DNA of 64,000 bases from Gemmatimonadota bacterium (GTDB lineage: Bacteria; Gemmatimonadota; Gemmatimonadetes; Gemmatimonadales; GWC2-71-9), in contig QHTK01000047.1 of assembly GCA_003220795.1 (NCBI GenBank), positions 222 through 64,221 of the forward strand. The letters are read 5' to 3'. This document shows, one piece after another, positions 53,894-62,249 of this stretch. Both the position numbers and the translations under genes were made by a program. The notes under the pieces were generated by a model. It saw only the letters and a program-made list of their open reading frames with translations. It did not search any database and was not told where the DNA came from. The number at the start of each line of letters is the position of its first letter. The stretch's first letter is position 1.

Positions 53894-54982
53894 CTAGTGA
53901 TGCCCGTGGCCCGCGCCGTGCTCGTGCATCGGCAGCTTCATCGGCATGGCGTCCGCCATCCGCATCTCGTGCCCGCCGCTCTGCCGCATGTAGTGGCGGT
54001 AATCCTGCTGATACAGCGAGTCCGAGCGGTCGGCGGGTGGCCACTCGACGCCACGGTCGGGCACGAACAGCCCGCCCACGACTCCCATCCCGCCGTCCGG
54101 GACCGCCTGGCCGGTAGGATTGTCGTAGTAGACGGTCACGCGGTAGCGGTGGTCCGGAGCGATGTGGGCGCCGAGTCGCGTCCAGCCGTACAGGCGACTG
54201 ATCGGGACGGAGTGGATGTGCCCCACCGAGTCGGCGATCGGCGCGGCCCGGTAGATGACCTGCCCCGCCGTCACGTCGACGAACTCGATCAGCCGTCCGT
54301 GGTCGTGCATGTGGCCACCCAAGCCGACGATTTTCCCCGGCACGGCCGGGCTCCCCTCGTAGGAGCGCTGCGAGCGCCCCGGCGGGAGCGCGAAGGACTT
54401 GTCCCCCACCGGGAAGGCGACGTCCATCTGCCAGGGCGACGCGCGGAACAAGGGCCAGGGCCGGCCCGTCGGCGTGAAATCCATCACGAGCCGCACCCGC
54501 GCCTCGTGGTAGGTAACCGGAGTGAGGTTCTCGACCATCGCGCTCGCGACGACGTGCTCGCCGCGGCGCAGCGGCAACCCGAACAGGAGGCCCGGCAGCC
54601 GTACGGCGCCGGTCTCGTGTCCTGCCGCGAGTAACCGGCGCGAAATCGGGAGAAACAGCTCGCGGTGGTCCGGGTCGATCAGGTTGAAGTGATGGATGAG
54701 CTCGTCGGACAGCTCGCGACCGGCGCTGTCTACCACCGCGACGCGAAACCCGTGGATGTAGCCGTCGCTCGGAATCTCGAGCGTCGCGACGGGCGGCTGC
54801 GCCAGCGCGTGGTGCGGCGTCCGGGCCGGGAGCTCCAGGGGCGCGAGATCGATCACCAACGCACCGCGCCCCGGATCGGTGAAGATGCGAGCCCCGGCGG
54901 GGTCTGGCGCACCAGGAGAGCGCCCATCGCCCGGCCCGAGTGCGAGCAGCAGGGCGACCGGCAGCAAGCGATGTCCCGTCAT
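53894..54982 (-). CDS. secreted hypothetical protein, possible PHM/DBH-like copper monooxygenase fold with His/Met-rich C-terminal tail
   Basis: It has a signal peptide. The ordered HH (ELIHHFNL) ... H (TYHEARV) ... HxH (GGHMHDHG) ... M (DGGMGVV) spacing is reminiscent of CuH/CuM sites. The tail is HEMRMADAMPMKLPMHEHGAGHGHH. The ATG overlaps the upstream stop (ATGA). Confidence 0.45.
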   Translation of the reverse strand: MTGHRLLPVALLLALGPGDGRSPGAPDPAGARIFTDPGRGALVIDLAPLELPARTPHHALAQPPVATLEIPSDGYIHGFRVAVVDSAGRELSDELIHHFNLIDPDHRELFLPISRRLLAAGHETGAVRLPGLLFGLPLRRGEHVVASAMVENLTPVTYHEARVRLVMDFTPTGRPWPLFRASPWQMDVAFPVGDKSFALPPGRSQRSYEGSPAVPGKIVGLGGHMHDHGRLIEFVDVTAGQVIYRAAPIADSVGHIHSVPISRLYGWTRLGAHIAPDHRYRVTVYYDNPTGQAVPDGGMGVVGGLFVPDRGVEWPPADRSDSLYQQDYRHYMRQSGGHEMRMADAMPMKLPMHEHGAGHGHH

Positions 54983-55902
54983 GGCGGGGAAGTGTAATAG
55001 CGGCCGCCGATCTGAGGCAACCGACCCTCCCCGAGCCCGTCGCCCGAGTGGAGGCGCTGCACGGCCGCCACCACTGCGGCGGGCCGCTCCTCATAGACGA
55101 AGTGGCCCGCGCCGGGCACGGTGTCCACCGCGAATGAGCGGAGCAGTCCCGCGAGCGTGGCCACCTCCTGCGGGCTCACGCCGGACCCGCGGCCGACGGT
55201 GCCCACGACGAGGCGCACCGGGCAGCGGATCTCCCCGAGGTGCGGCGCGAGGCGATCGCTCTCGTGCGCCCGCGCCATCGCCAGATAGGCCTTGAGCGTC
55301 CCAGCGAGGTCGCGCGCGGCCCCGGCCGTGTAGCCTTCGACGACCTGATCGGTCACCCACGTCGTGTCGCCCGATGCGGCGATCAGACCGCGCCGGACCT
55401 TGGCTCGGACCAATCGCTCGCCGCCGAACAGCTTGATCCACGGCGCGAGCTGAATCGCCCGACGGAAGCCGCGGGTCGTGGCGGCCTCGGCGGGGCCGCC
55501 GTCGAGTGACACGATACCCCGAACCAGATCGGGCCGCCGATACGCGAGCCGGTAGGCGATCGCTGCGCCGACCGAATGCGCGACGACGATCACGTCGCCC
55601 ACGCCCAGACGGTCGAGCGCGGCGGCCACTCGATCGGCCTGCGCAGTGAGCGAATAGTCAGCGTGCTCGGGCCGACCCGAGGTGCCGATGCCGAGCGGCT
55701 CGATCACAATCGTGCGATACCCCGCCTCGACGAGCCTCGGCAGTACAGTGCGGTAGCCAAACGCCGACCCGAACAACCCCGGAATGAGCACAACGGGGTC
55801 GCCCACTCCCTCGACCGTTACCCATACTGACTCGGCCGGCGCGAGGGCGATTGAGAAGGCGCGCGATGTATCCGCGAGCAGCAGCACGATGAGGAGCCAC
55901 AT
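54979..55902 (-). CDS. alpha/beta-fold hydrolase
   Basis: It has the oxyanion HG region VVLIPGLFGS, the nucleophile elbow VVAHSVGA and a C-terminal GAGHFV. Confidence 0.85.
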   Translation of the reverse strand: MWLLIVLLLADTSRAFSIALAPAESVWVTVEGVGDPVVLIPGLFGSAFGYRTVLPRLVEAGYRTIVIEPLGIGTSGRPEHADYSLTAQADRVAAALDRLGVGDVIVVAHSVGAAIAYRLAYRRPDLVRGIVSLDGGPAEAATTRGFRRAIQLAPWIKLFGGERLVRAKVRRGLIAASGDTTWVTDQVVEGYTAGAARDLAGTLKAYLAMARAHESDRLAPHLGEIRCPVRLVVGTVGRGSGVSPQEVATLAGLLRSFAVDTVPGAGHFVYEERPAAVVAAVQRLHSGDGLGEGRLPQIGGRYYTSPP

Positions 55903-55905
55903 CGG

Positions 55906-56415
55906 TCACTCCGCAGGAAGCAGACGGCGAGCGACGGTGAGCACGACGAACGCGACGGTGCCGGCGAGCAGGAGCCAGGTCGGCATGTCCACCAAGACGC
56001 CGAATCCGGCGATCAACAGCAAGCGCGGGAAGCGTCCGAACGCAACGGCCGCGAGGAACTTGGAGAGTGGGTAGCGCGAGAGCGGCGCGAGAATCCTCAC
56101 CGCAGAGTCGGGGATCGGCGAGAAGATCACGATAGCCGTCGTCCAAAAGGGCGCGCGCGAGAAGGCGTCGATACTCCACCGTACGGCTTTCCCGGCCTTC
56201 AACGCCGAGACCTTCGGCGACTCGGCCGCCCAATCGACGAGCCGGTAGTTTACCGCCTCGGCCAGCGACGCGGCCGCCGTCCCTACCAGTGCCAGCACCC
56301 ACGCCGGATAGAAGCGGGCGTAGTAGAGGAGGGTGGCTTCGAACGCCGTCGGGAGCAGCGGCGAGAGCGGGCCGTGCACGAACAGCGCGACCAGAAAGAA
56401 AGTCCCGAGCTTCAT
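55906..56415 (-). CDS. DedA/VTT (SNARE-associated) family membrane protein
   Basis: FSPIPDSAVRILAPLSRYPLSKFLAAVAFGRFPR resembles the VTT-domain re-entrant loop. The ATG at 56415 overlaps the upstream stop (ATGA). Confidence 0.65.
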   Translation of the reverse strand: MKLGTFFLVALFVHGPLSPLLPTAFEATLLYYARFYPAWVLALVGTAAASLAEAVNYRLVDWAAESPKVSALKAGKAVRWSIDAFSRAPFWTTAIVIFSPIPDSAVRILAPLSRYPLSKFLAAVAFGRFPRLLLIAGFGVLVDMPTWLLLAGTVAFVVLTVARRLLPAE

Positions 56416-56870
56416 GCGAGCAGTTCCGCATAGCGCCACACCACGACTGCGAACACCGCGCCTTCGAGGATCCATGCCCATGGCTGCCGGTAGTAGCCTG
56501 CATACATTGAGCGGCCCCAATAGCCGGTGTTCTTCCATAGGTCGAGGGAAAAGCGGCGTTCGCTGAACGGCAACAGCAGCGGGATGCCGGTGTCGGTCGG
56601 CAGATCCGCCACGACATGCAGCACGATGCTCGCGAGCGCGAGCAGGCCGAGCCACGGACCGAACAGGACGGTGGCCAGCGCCCCGACAGCTGCGCAGAAC
56701 GGCAGGCTGTGACTCCAGGTACCGTGGAACTCCGGGGCAGCCCACCCGACCCGGATCAGAAGCGAGTCCGCGTTGGGAAGGAATTGGGCGGCGGTGACCA
56801 CGGCGAAGGTCTCTGGCCGCGGATCGATCGAGGCGATCGCCAGGGCGATGCCGAAGTGGCCGAATTGCAT
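56412..56870 (-). CDS. DUF457/YdjM-like membrane-bound metal-dependent hydrolase
   Basis: FHGTWSHSLPF, LHVVADLPTD and IPLLLPFSERRF match the conserved His/Asp and LLxPFS features of this family. It is the first gene of the minus-strand operon. Confidence 0.65.
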   Translation of the reverse strand: MQFGHFGIALAIASIDPRPETFAVVTAAQFLPNADSLLIRVGWAAPEFHGTWSHSLPFCAAVGALATVLFGPWLGLLALASIVLHVVADLPTDTGIPLLLPFSERRFSLDLWKNTGYWGRSMYAGYYRQPWAWILEGAVFAVVVWRYAELLA

Positions 56871-56925
56871 CGTGTCTCCCGGAAGGGATCCGGGGACACG
56901 TTGGGCTCAGTGTGTCAAGCCCTTT

Positions 56926-58824
56926 TCAAGTGGAGCGATTCTCGCGGTACCGCTTGGCCTGCCCCGGGGTGACCATTTCCTGAAGCAGGATGCTACGAAC
57001 GATCGGCGCGGTGAAGACATAGCCGCGCGCGTCGGCCGCGAGCCAGCGCTCCCACTCGAGCAGATCGAGCGCCGGCTCGACGGCGGTTCGCTCGAGCCGG
57101 GTCGCCGTGGCGAGCTGCCCGACGTCCACCCGCTCCCCCAACGCGGCGGCGGCACCGAGCAGCTGTTGGGCCGCTGCAGGAAGCTGGCGGAACCGTAAGC
57201 AGACCACGCCCACCACTGCGGGGGGCAGGTCGTTCGGAAGCGAGTCGACGAGCGTGCGCTGGGGCGACGGCCACGCCGGCGCGTCGGGCGCGAGCTTGTA
57301 GCCACTCGCCACCGCCTCGAGCATCGCCACGGCGAGCAGCGGAAGGCCCGCGGTATCGTTCTCCAGCCGCCGGGCGAGCCGGTCGGCATCCGGCGCCGCA
57401 TAGGCCGGCAGCGCCCAGGCAACGAGCGCGCGGAGGGCGACGGGGTCGAGCCGGCCCAGCCTGATCACTTCGCCTTCCAGCTCGCGCCCTACGCGCGCCC
57501 GCAACTCGTCGAGCCGGCCGCTCTCGGGCGCGCCCCGCGCGAGACCGAACAGCAGCAGGACGGGCCGGCGCGTGGCATCGCGGGCCAGCCCGGGCAGCGA
57601 CTCGAGCGTGGCGGCATCGATCCACTGAGCGTCGTCGAGGGTGAGGAGCACCGGTCGCTCATGGGCGGCGGCGACCACTGCGTCGCGCACCGCCTCCCCC
57701 ACCGGCAGTGCCGCGTCCACGCGCCGGAAGCGGACCGCTAGGTCGGGAGCGAGGCTCCCCAGAGCCGCAAGCGCGTCGGGGGGGGCGCCCGCGATCCCGG
57801 GGGCGTCGGCCAGACCGGCGGCGAGCAGCCCCGCGACAGCGCTCCAGTCCTTCCTCTGATCGACGGCGACGGCCCTGGCTGCCGCCACCGTCGCGTCGTC
57901 GAGACGAGCCCGAGCGACGAGTTCCTCGATGAGCCGGCTCTTCCCCTCGCCGGGCTCACCCTCGACGATGATCACCTGCCCCCGCCCGCTCTTGGCCCGC
58001 TCCCACGCCGCCGCCAGCGCCGCGAGCTCGGAGCCCCGTCCGCACAGCAGCGGGCGCGGCCGCGCGGCCGGCGGCGCCGCGAGCACCCGGCGGCCCACGC
58101 GCGCCTCGCGGATCCGATCGATCAGTCGCACGGTCTCGGGGCCGGGCGCGGTCCCGACCTGATCGGCCAGCACGCCCGCGACGTCGTCGGCCACGCGCAG
58201 CGCGGCCGCCCGGTCGCCCGCGAGCGCCAGGGCGCGCATCGCCGCCCGGGCCGCCGGCTCGGACGCGCGATCGACGTCGCGTGCCCGCAACGCGGCCGTT
58301 GCCGCCGCCGCCGGGTCGCCCCGCGCCAGCAACCCGTCGGCGTATCGTATCAGCGCGTCGACGCTCTGCGCGCGCCACCGGACCCGCTCGCCACCGAGCC
58401 AGTCTTCGAACTGACTGGCGTCGGGAATCGAGAGCCCTTCGAGAAAGTCGCCCTCGACGAGTGCGGCCGCGCCTGGCCAGTCGCCGCGCGCGTACAACTC
58501 CGCGAAGCGGTCGCAATCGAGCGTCACGCCGTCCGCGCCGAGGCCGATCTGGTCGACGTCCGCCTGCACCTGGTCGTCTCCCAGGGCGCGCCGGAAGACG
58601 CGCAGTGCCTCGCTCAACGAGTGGCGCGCCTGCTTCTCGTCGCGGTCGCTCCAGAGCAATCCTACGAGGTGCTCGCGGGTGCGCCGCCGCCGCGGGCTGC
58701 GTGCGAGGTACACGAGCAGCGCGACGTGCTTGCGCCACAGGAGCTCGGGCGGCGCGTCGGCGCCGGCCACCGTCACCTGCACCGGGCCGAGCACGCGGCA
58801 GTAGACGCCTGCGGGTCGAGACAT
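56926..58824 (-). CDS. SARP/AfsR-type regulator: winged-helix + BTAD + P-loop STAND ATPase + helical C-terminal region
   Basis: It has an N-terminal YCRVLGPVQV...LLVYLARSPRRRRTREHLVGLLW (OmpR-type wHTH), a BTAD helical region and Walker A (GEPGEGKS). I take the start at MSRPAGV (58824). Confidence 0.8.
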   Translation of the reverse strand: MSRPAGVYCRVLGPVQVTVAGADAPPELLWRKHVALLVYLARSPRRRRTREHLVGLLWSDRDEKQARHSLSEALRVFRRALGDDQVQADVDQIGLGADGVTLDCDRFAELYARGDWPGAAALVEGDFLEGLSIPDASQFEDWLGGERVRWRAQSVDALIRYADGLLARGDPAAAATAALRARDVDRASEPAARAAMRALALAGDRAAALRVADDVAGVLADQVGTAPGPETVRLIDRIREARVGRRVLAAPPAARPRPLLCGRGSELAALAAAWERAKSGRGQVIIVEGEPGEGKSRLIEELVARARLDDATVAAARAVAVDQRKDWSAVAGLLAAGLADAPGIAGAPPDALAALGSLAPDLAVRFRRVDAALPVGEAVRDAVVAAAHERPVLLTLDDAQWIDAATLESLPGLARDATRRPVLLLFGLARGAPESGRLDELRARVGRELEGEVIRLGRLDPVALRALVAWALPAYAAPDADRLARRLENDTAGLPLLAVAMLEAVASGYKLAPDAPAWPSPQRTLVDSLPNDLPPAVVGVVCLRFRQLPAAAQQLLGAAAALGERVDVGQLATATRLERTAVEPALDLLEWERWLAADARGYVFTAPIVRSILLQEMVTPGQAKRYRENRST

Positions 58825-58886
58825 GGCGCCGGGGATTATCGGGCGCAGTGCGGTACAGAGCAAGCGCCGGTAGATTCAGCACGCGT

Positions 58887-61631
58887 ATGGAGCCGCCCGC
58901 ACTGGAAGACGTGCAGCGCGCCATCGGCGATCGCTACGAGCTGCTCGGCCCGGTGGGCGCCGGGGGGATGGGATTCGTCTACAGCGCGCGGCACGTGACG
59001 TTGGGGCACGTGGTCGCCGTCAAGGTCCTGCCGCTCGAGGTGGCGGCCAGCGAAATGCGCCGGCGACGCTTTCAGCAGGAAGCCGCGCTCGCCGCATCCC
59101 TCGCTCACCCGCACATCGTGCCGGTGTACGATTTTGGCGTGCGCGACGGGATCACGTTCCTCATCATGCCGTTCGTGCGCGGGCCCACGCTGGAGCGCGC
59201 GCTCGCGCAGGAGCGGCCGTCGCTCGACACCGCGCTGCGCGTGGCACGGGAGATCGGCGGGGCGCTCGACCATGCCCACGAGCGCGGCGTCGTGCACCGC
59301 GACGTGAAGCCGTCCAACATCCTCATCGACCACGACTCGGGTCGCGCGCTGCTCACCGACTTCGGGGTGGCGCACGTCGTGCGCATTGCGACCTCGCCGC
59401 TGACGGCGCCCGGGGTCCCTATCGGCACTCCCGATTACATGGCGCCCGAACAGGCCGCCGGGGAGGAGCGGCTCGACGGCCGGGCCGACCTGTATTCCCT
59501 CGCCGTCGTGACGTTCGAGACGTTGACGGGAACGCGACCGGCCCAGGGGAGCGATCGCGCCACACTCGCGCGGGCGCTGCGCGGCGCCCGTCCGGAGCTG
59601 CCCCCCCCCGTGGCCGCCGCCCTGGTAGCCCCGCTCGCTCCGCAGCCCGACCAGCGGCCTCGGACGGTGGCGGCGTGGCTGGCCGCCGTAGATCGGGCAC
59701 GCGCCCGCCCGTGGCGCCGCTGGGGCGCCGCCGGTGTCGCGGCGGTCGCCGTGCTCGCCGGCGGGGCCTGGTCTCTGTGCCGGACCCACGTGTTGGGAAT
59801 CTGCCGGCCCGCGTCGGCCGCCACCGTCGCCGTGATGCCGTTCGACAAACTCGGCGGAGCGAGCCTGCCCGACCGGCAACTGATGGAGGTATTCGCGCGC
59901 CGGCTGTCCGCCGCGCCCAACGTCGTGGTGCTGTCCGGCGCGCGCGTGTACAGCGAGGCGGTGCGACGCTACGGGCCGGGCCCGCTCAGCGACCCCGAGG
60001 CCGATTCGCTCGCCCAGTACTTCGACGCCAGGTACTTCGTCCAGCCGAGCCTGGTGTTCACGGGACCGCGCGTCAGACTCACCGCCCGGCTGTACCGCCG
60101 CACCGCCCGTGGCGCCATCGGCACAGGCGACCTCACCGGCTCCGTGGATTCCCTGGCCGACATGATGACGCCCGTGGGAGAGCAGGCGTTGCGTCCGATC
60201 CTCGGGCGCGAGGGGGGCCTCGGATCGGGGCGCACGTGTCCCGTGGGTTTCGCGGCGTGTACCGCCTACCTCAAGGGCGACGAGGCGTTTCGGCGGGGTG
60301 ACTACGAGCGTGCCGCGACACTGTACAACGAAGTCATCGCCGCGGCCTCGGATTTCGCCCCCGCGTACTTCGGCCGCCTGCTGGTGGTGGCCCAGACCAA
60401 TCCCACAGAGAGGACGTTACGGGAGGCGATCAGCGGCGCGCGCCTGCACGCCAGCGGCCTGGAGCGCGCTGACAGCTTGCTCCTCGCCGGCTACGTCCAT
60501 TTGCTGCAGCGGGGCGACGGACTCCGCGCGCTCGAAGACTTCGAGCGCGCCGCACGGACCGCGCCGGACCAGCCGTACGTGCATTTCGTGCTCGGCGAGT
60601 TCTACCTCTTCCTCGGCGCCCTGTTCGACCAACGGCTGGCGAGCGCCAAGACGGCGTTCGACAGCGTGCTCGCCCTCGACCCGAAGTTCGCTCCGGCGAT
60701 CGCGAACAGCATTTCGCTCGCGCACCTCGCCGGGGACGATGAGGAAGTGCGGCACTTGATCGACCTCTACCGGACGATCGACACGACGTCCGTCGTCGCG
60801 GAGCTGATCGGGATCGGCGACACCGCGATCTTCCGGCCGACGGACGCGCTGCGGCTTCTCAATGCGGCGACGCTGGAGCGGCGCCGCTTCCCCGTGCTCG
60901 AGTTCCTCGCGATGCAAGCCGCACAGTTCGCGACGCCGGCCGACAGTGCGCTGCAGCGCGTGGTGACACAGCGGGTCATGCGCGCGCTCGAGCGCCGCGC
61001 CGCCACCGACTACGAGCGGGCCCTGGCGCTGCGGTGGGCCGTCGCCGCGCACCTCTTCGCCGGCCGGGCGGACAGTGCTCGGGCGCGGCTCGCCCGCGCG
61101 GCGCCCGGGAGCGCGGCGCGCGAGGGCGATTCCTGGATCGCGCTAGCCCACGTCACGGGGCTCGAACCGTTGGGCGATTGGCGGCGCGCCCTCGATCGGC
61201 TCGAGACTTGGGTTACGTCCCCCACCGGAAACCAGGACGCGACCGCGCATTGGATTCTGGCGCGCGCGGCTCGAGACTCGGGCGCGCACGCGACCGCGCT
61301 GCGCCGCCTGGCGCGCCCGGACAGCGCCCCGCTCCCGGTCAGCCTGAGTCTCGACCTCGAGGCACGGGCCAGCCTGGCGACCTCCGATACGGCTGGTGCC
61401 CTCGAGCGGTGGGATCGCGCCACCCGTCGCTACGCGGTACTGAGCGCACCATTCGATCTCGTGGCATCCCTGTGGCCGCTGCGACTCGACCATGCTCGCG
61501 TGGCTGCCGCGCGCGGCGACACCGCAGGCGCGCGACGGGCGTGCGAGAGTTTCGATGCGCTCGTGGGATACGTCGATCAGGTCGCGCTGCCGCAGCTCGA
61601 GCGGGCATGCCGCCTGCACCGGCTCCGGTGA
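58887..61631 (+). CDS. Ser/Thr protein kinase with TM segment, TolB-N-like module and TPR-like C-terminal region
   Basis: It has the Hanks motifs GAGGMGFVY, AVKVL, HRDVKPSNIL, DFGVA and GTPDYMAPE. A TM (AAGVAAVAVLAGGAW) is followed by VAVMPFDKLGG and helical repeats. The upstream 200 aa of track ORF 58281 are junk. Confidence 0.9.
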   Translation: MEPPALEDVQRAIGDRYELLGPVGAGGMGFVYSARHVTLGHVVAVKVLPLEVAASEMRRRRFQQEAALAASLAHPHIVPVYDFGVRDGITFLIMPFVRGPTLERALAQERPSLDTALRVAREIGGALDHAHERGVVHRDVKPSNILIDHDSGRALLTDFGVAHVVRIATSPLTAPGVPIGTPDYMAPEQAAGEERLDGRADLYSLAVVTFETLTGTRPAQGSDRATLARALRGARPELPPPVAAALVAPLAPQPDQRPRTVAAWLAAVDRARARPWRRWGAAGVAAVAVLAGGAWSLCRTHVLGICRPASAATVAVMPFDKLGGASLPDRQLMEVFARRLSAAPNVVVLSGARVYSEAVRRYGPGPLSDPEADSLAQYFDARYFVQPSLVFTGPRVRLTARLYRRTARGAIGTGDLTGSVDSLADMMTPVGEQALRPILGREGGLGSGRTCPVGFAACTAYLKGDEAFRRGDYERAATLYNEVIAAASDFAPAYFGRLLVVAQTNPTERTLREAISGARLHASGLERADSLLLAGYVHLLQRGDGLRALEDFERAARTAPDQPYVHFVLGEFYLFLGALFDQRLASAKTAFDSVLALDPKFAPAIANSISLAHLAGDDEEVRHLIDLYRTIDTTSVVAELIGIGDTAIFRPTDALRLLNAATLERRRFPVLEFLAMQAAQFATPADSALQRVVTQRVMRALERRAATDYERALALRWAVAAHLFAGRADSARARLARAAPGSAAREGDSWIALAHVTGLEPLGDWRRALDRLETWVTSPTGNQDATAHWILARAARDSGAHATALRRLARPDSAPLPVSLSLDLEARASLATSDTAGALERWDRATRRYAVLSAPFDLVASLWPLRLDHARVAAARGDTAGARRACESFDALVGYVDQVALPQLERACRLHRLR

Positions 61632-61638
61632 GACCGCT

Positions 61639-62241
61639 TCAGGGAGGCTCCACGCGGTAGACGGGATGGATTTCCCACAGGGCCCGCAACGACGAGTTAC
61701 AGCGCCCGTGCTTCGGATCGATCGTGTCGCGCCGGCGCCCCCCCGCCCGGTGATGGCCGTCGAAGAACGCGGCGCCCACGAGCTGCACTTCGACGGGCTT
61801 GGCCAGCACGCCGCCTTTCGACCGCCGCCAGTCGGCGACGAGCCGCCTCAGGTCCGCCCGCGCCTGCCGGTACGCGCTCCCCAGCTTCCCCTGCGGGATC
61901 TCGGCCACGATGCAGGAATCGGCGGGGCCGTCCGGTCGATCGGTCAGCTCGATGTGCCAGTCGCCGTCGTCCTTGGAGGTCTCGAGACGGCGGACCCAGC
62001 CGCGTACTCGATAGACGAGCAGCTCGCGCGCGGCGCGCGGCGCGCAGGCATCCCGGGCCCTGAGCGCCGGCACATCCCAGCTCTGCAGCATCTCCGGTAT
62101 CGACGCGGGCTGCGGCGTGAGTGCGGCGAGCGTCGTGTCGATCTTCGCGCTCCAGCGGTAACGCGGCTCGGCGCAGCGCTGTCGCTGGGGCGGCGATTCG
62201 GACCACAGTCCGACGACGGTCAGGACGGCGACGCGCCACAT
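61639..62241 (-). CDS. hypothetical exported protein
   Basis: The ATG at 62241 gives a signal-like N-terminus (MWRVAVLTVVGLW). The composition is coding-like (DDGDWHIELTD...IVAEIPQG). I recognise no family. Confidence 0.45.
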   Translation of the reverse strand: MWRVAVLTVVGLWSESPPQRQRCAEPRYRWSAKIDTTLAALTPQPASIPEMLQSWDVPALRARDACAPRAARELLVYRVRGWVRRLETSKDDGDWHIELTDRPDGPADSCIVAEIPQGKLGSAYRQARADLRRLVADWRRSKGGVLAKPVEVQLVGAAFFDGHHRAGGRRRDTIDPKHGRCNSSLRALWEIHPVYRVEPP

Positions 62242-62249
62242 TCGGCCGG

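Noticed and set aside
56926-61631. SARP-STAND ATPase plus kinase as an anti-phage defence system
   Set aside because: No effector module (nuclease, TIR, SIR2, protease or pore-forming domain) is fused or adjacent, and the N-terminal wHTH-BTAD architecture is that of transcriptional activators.
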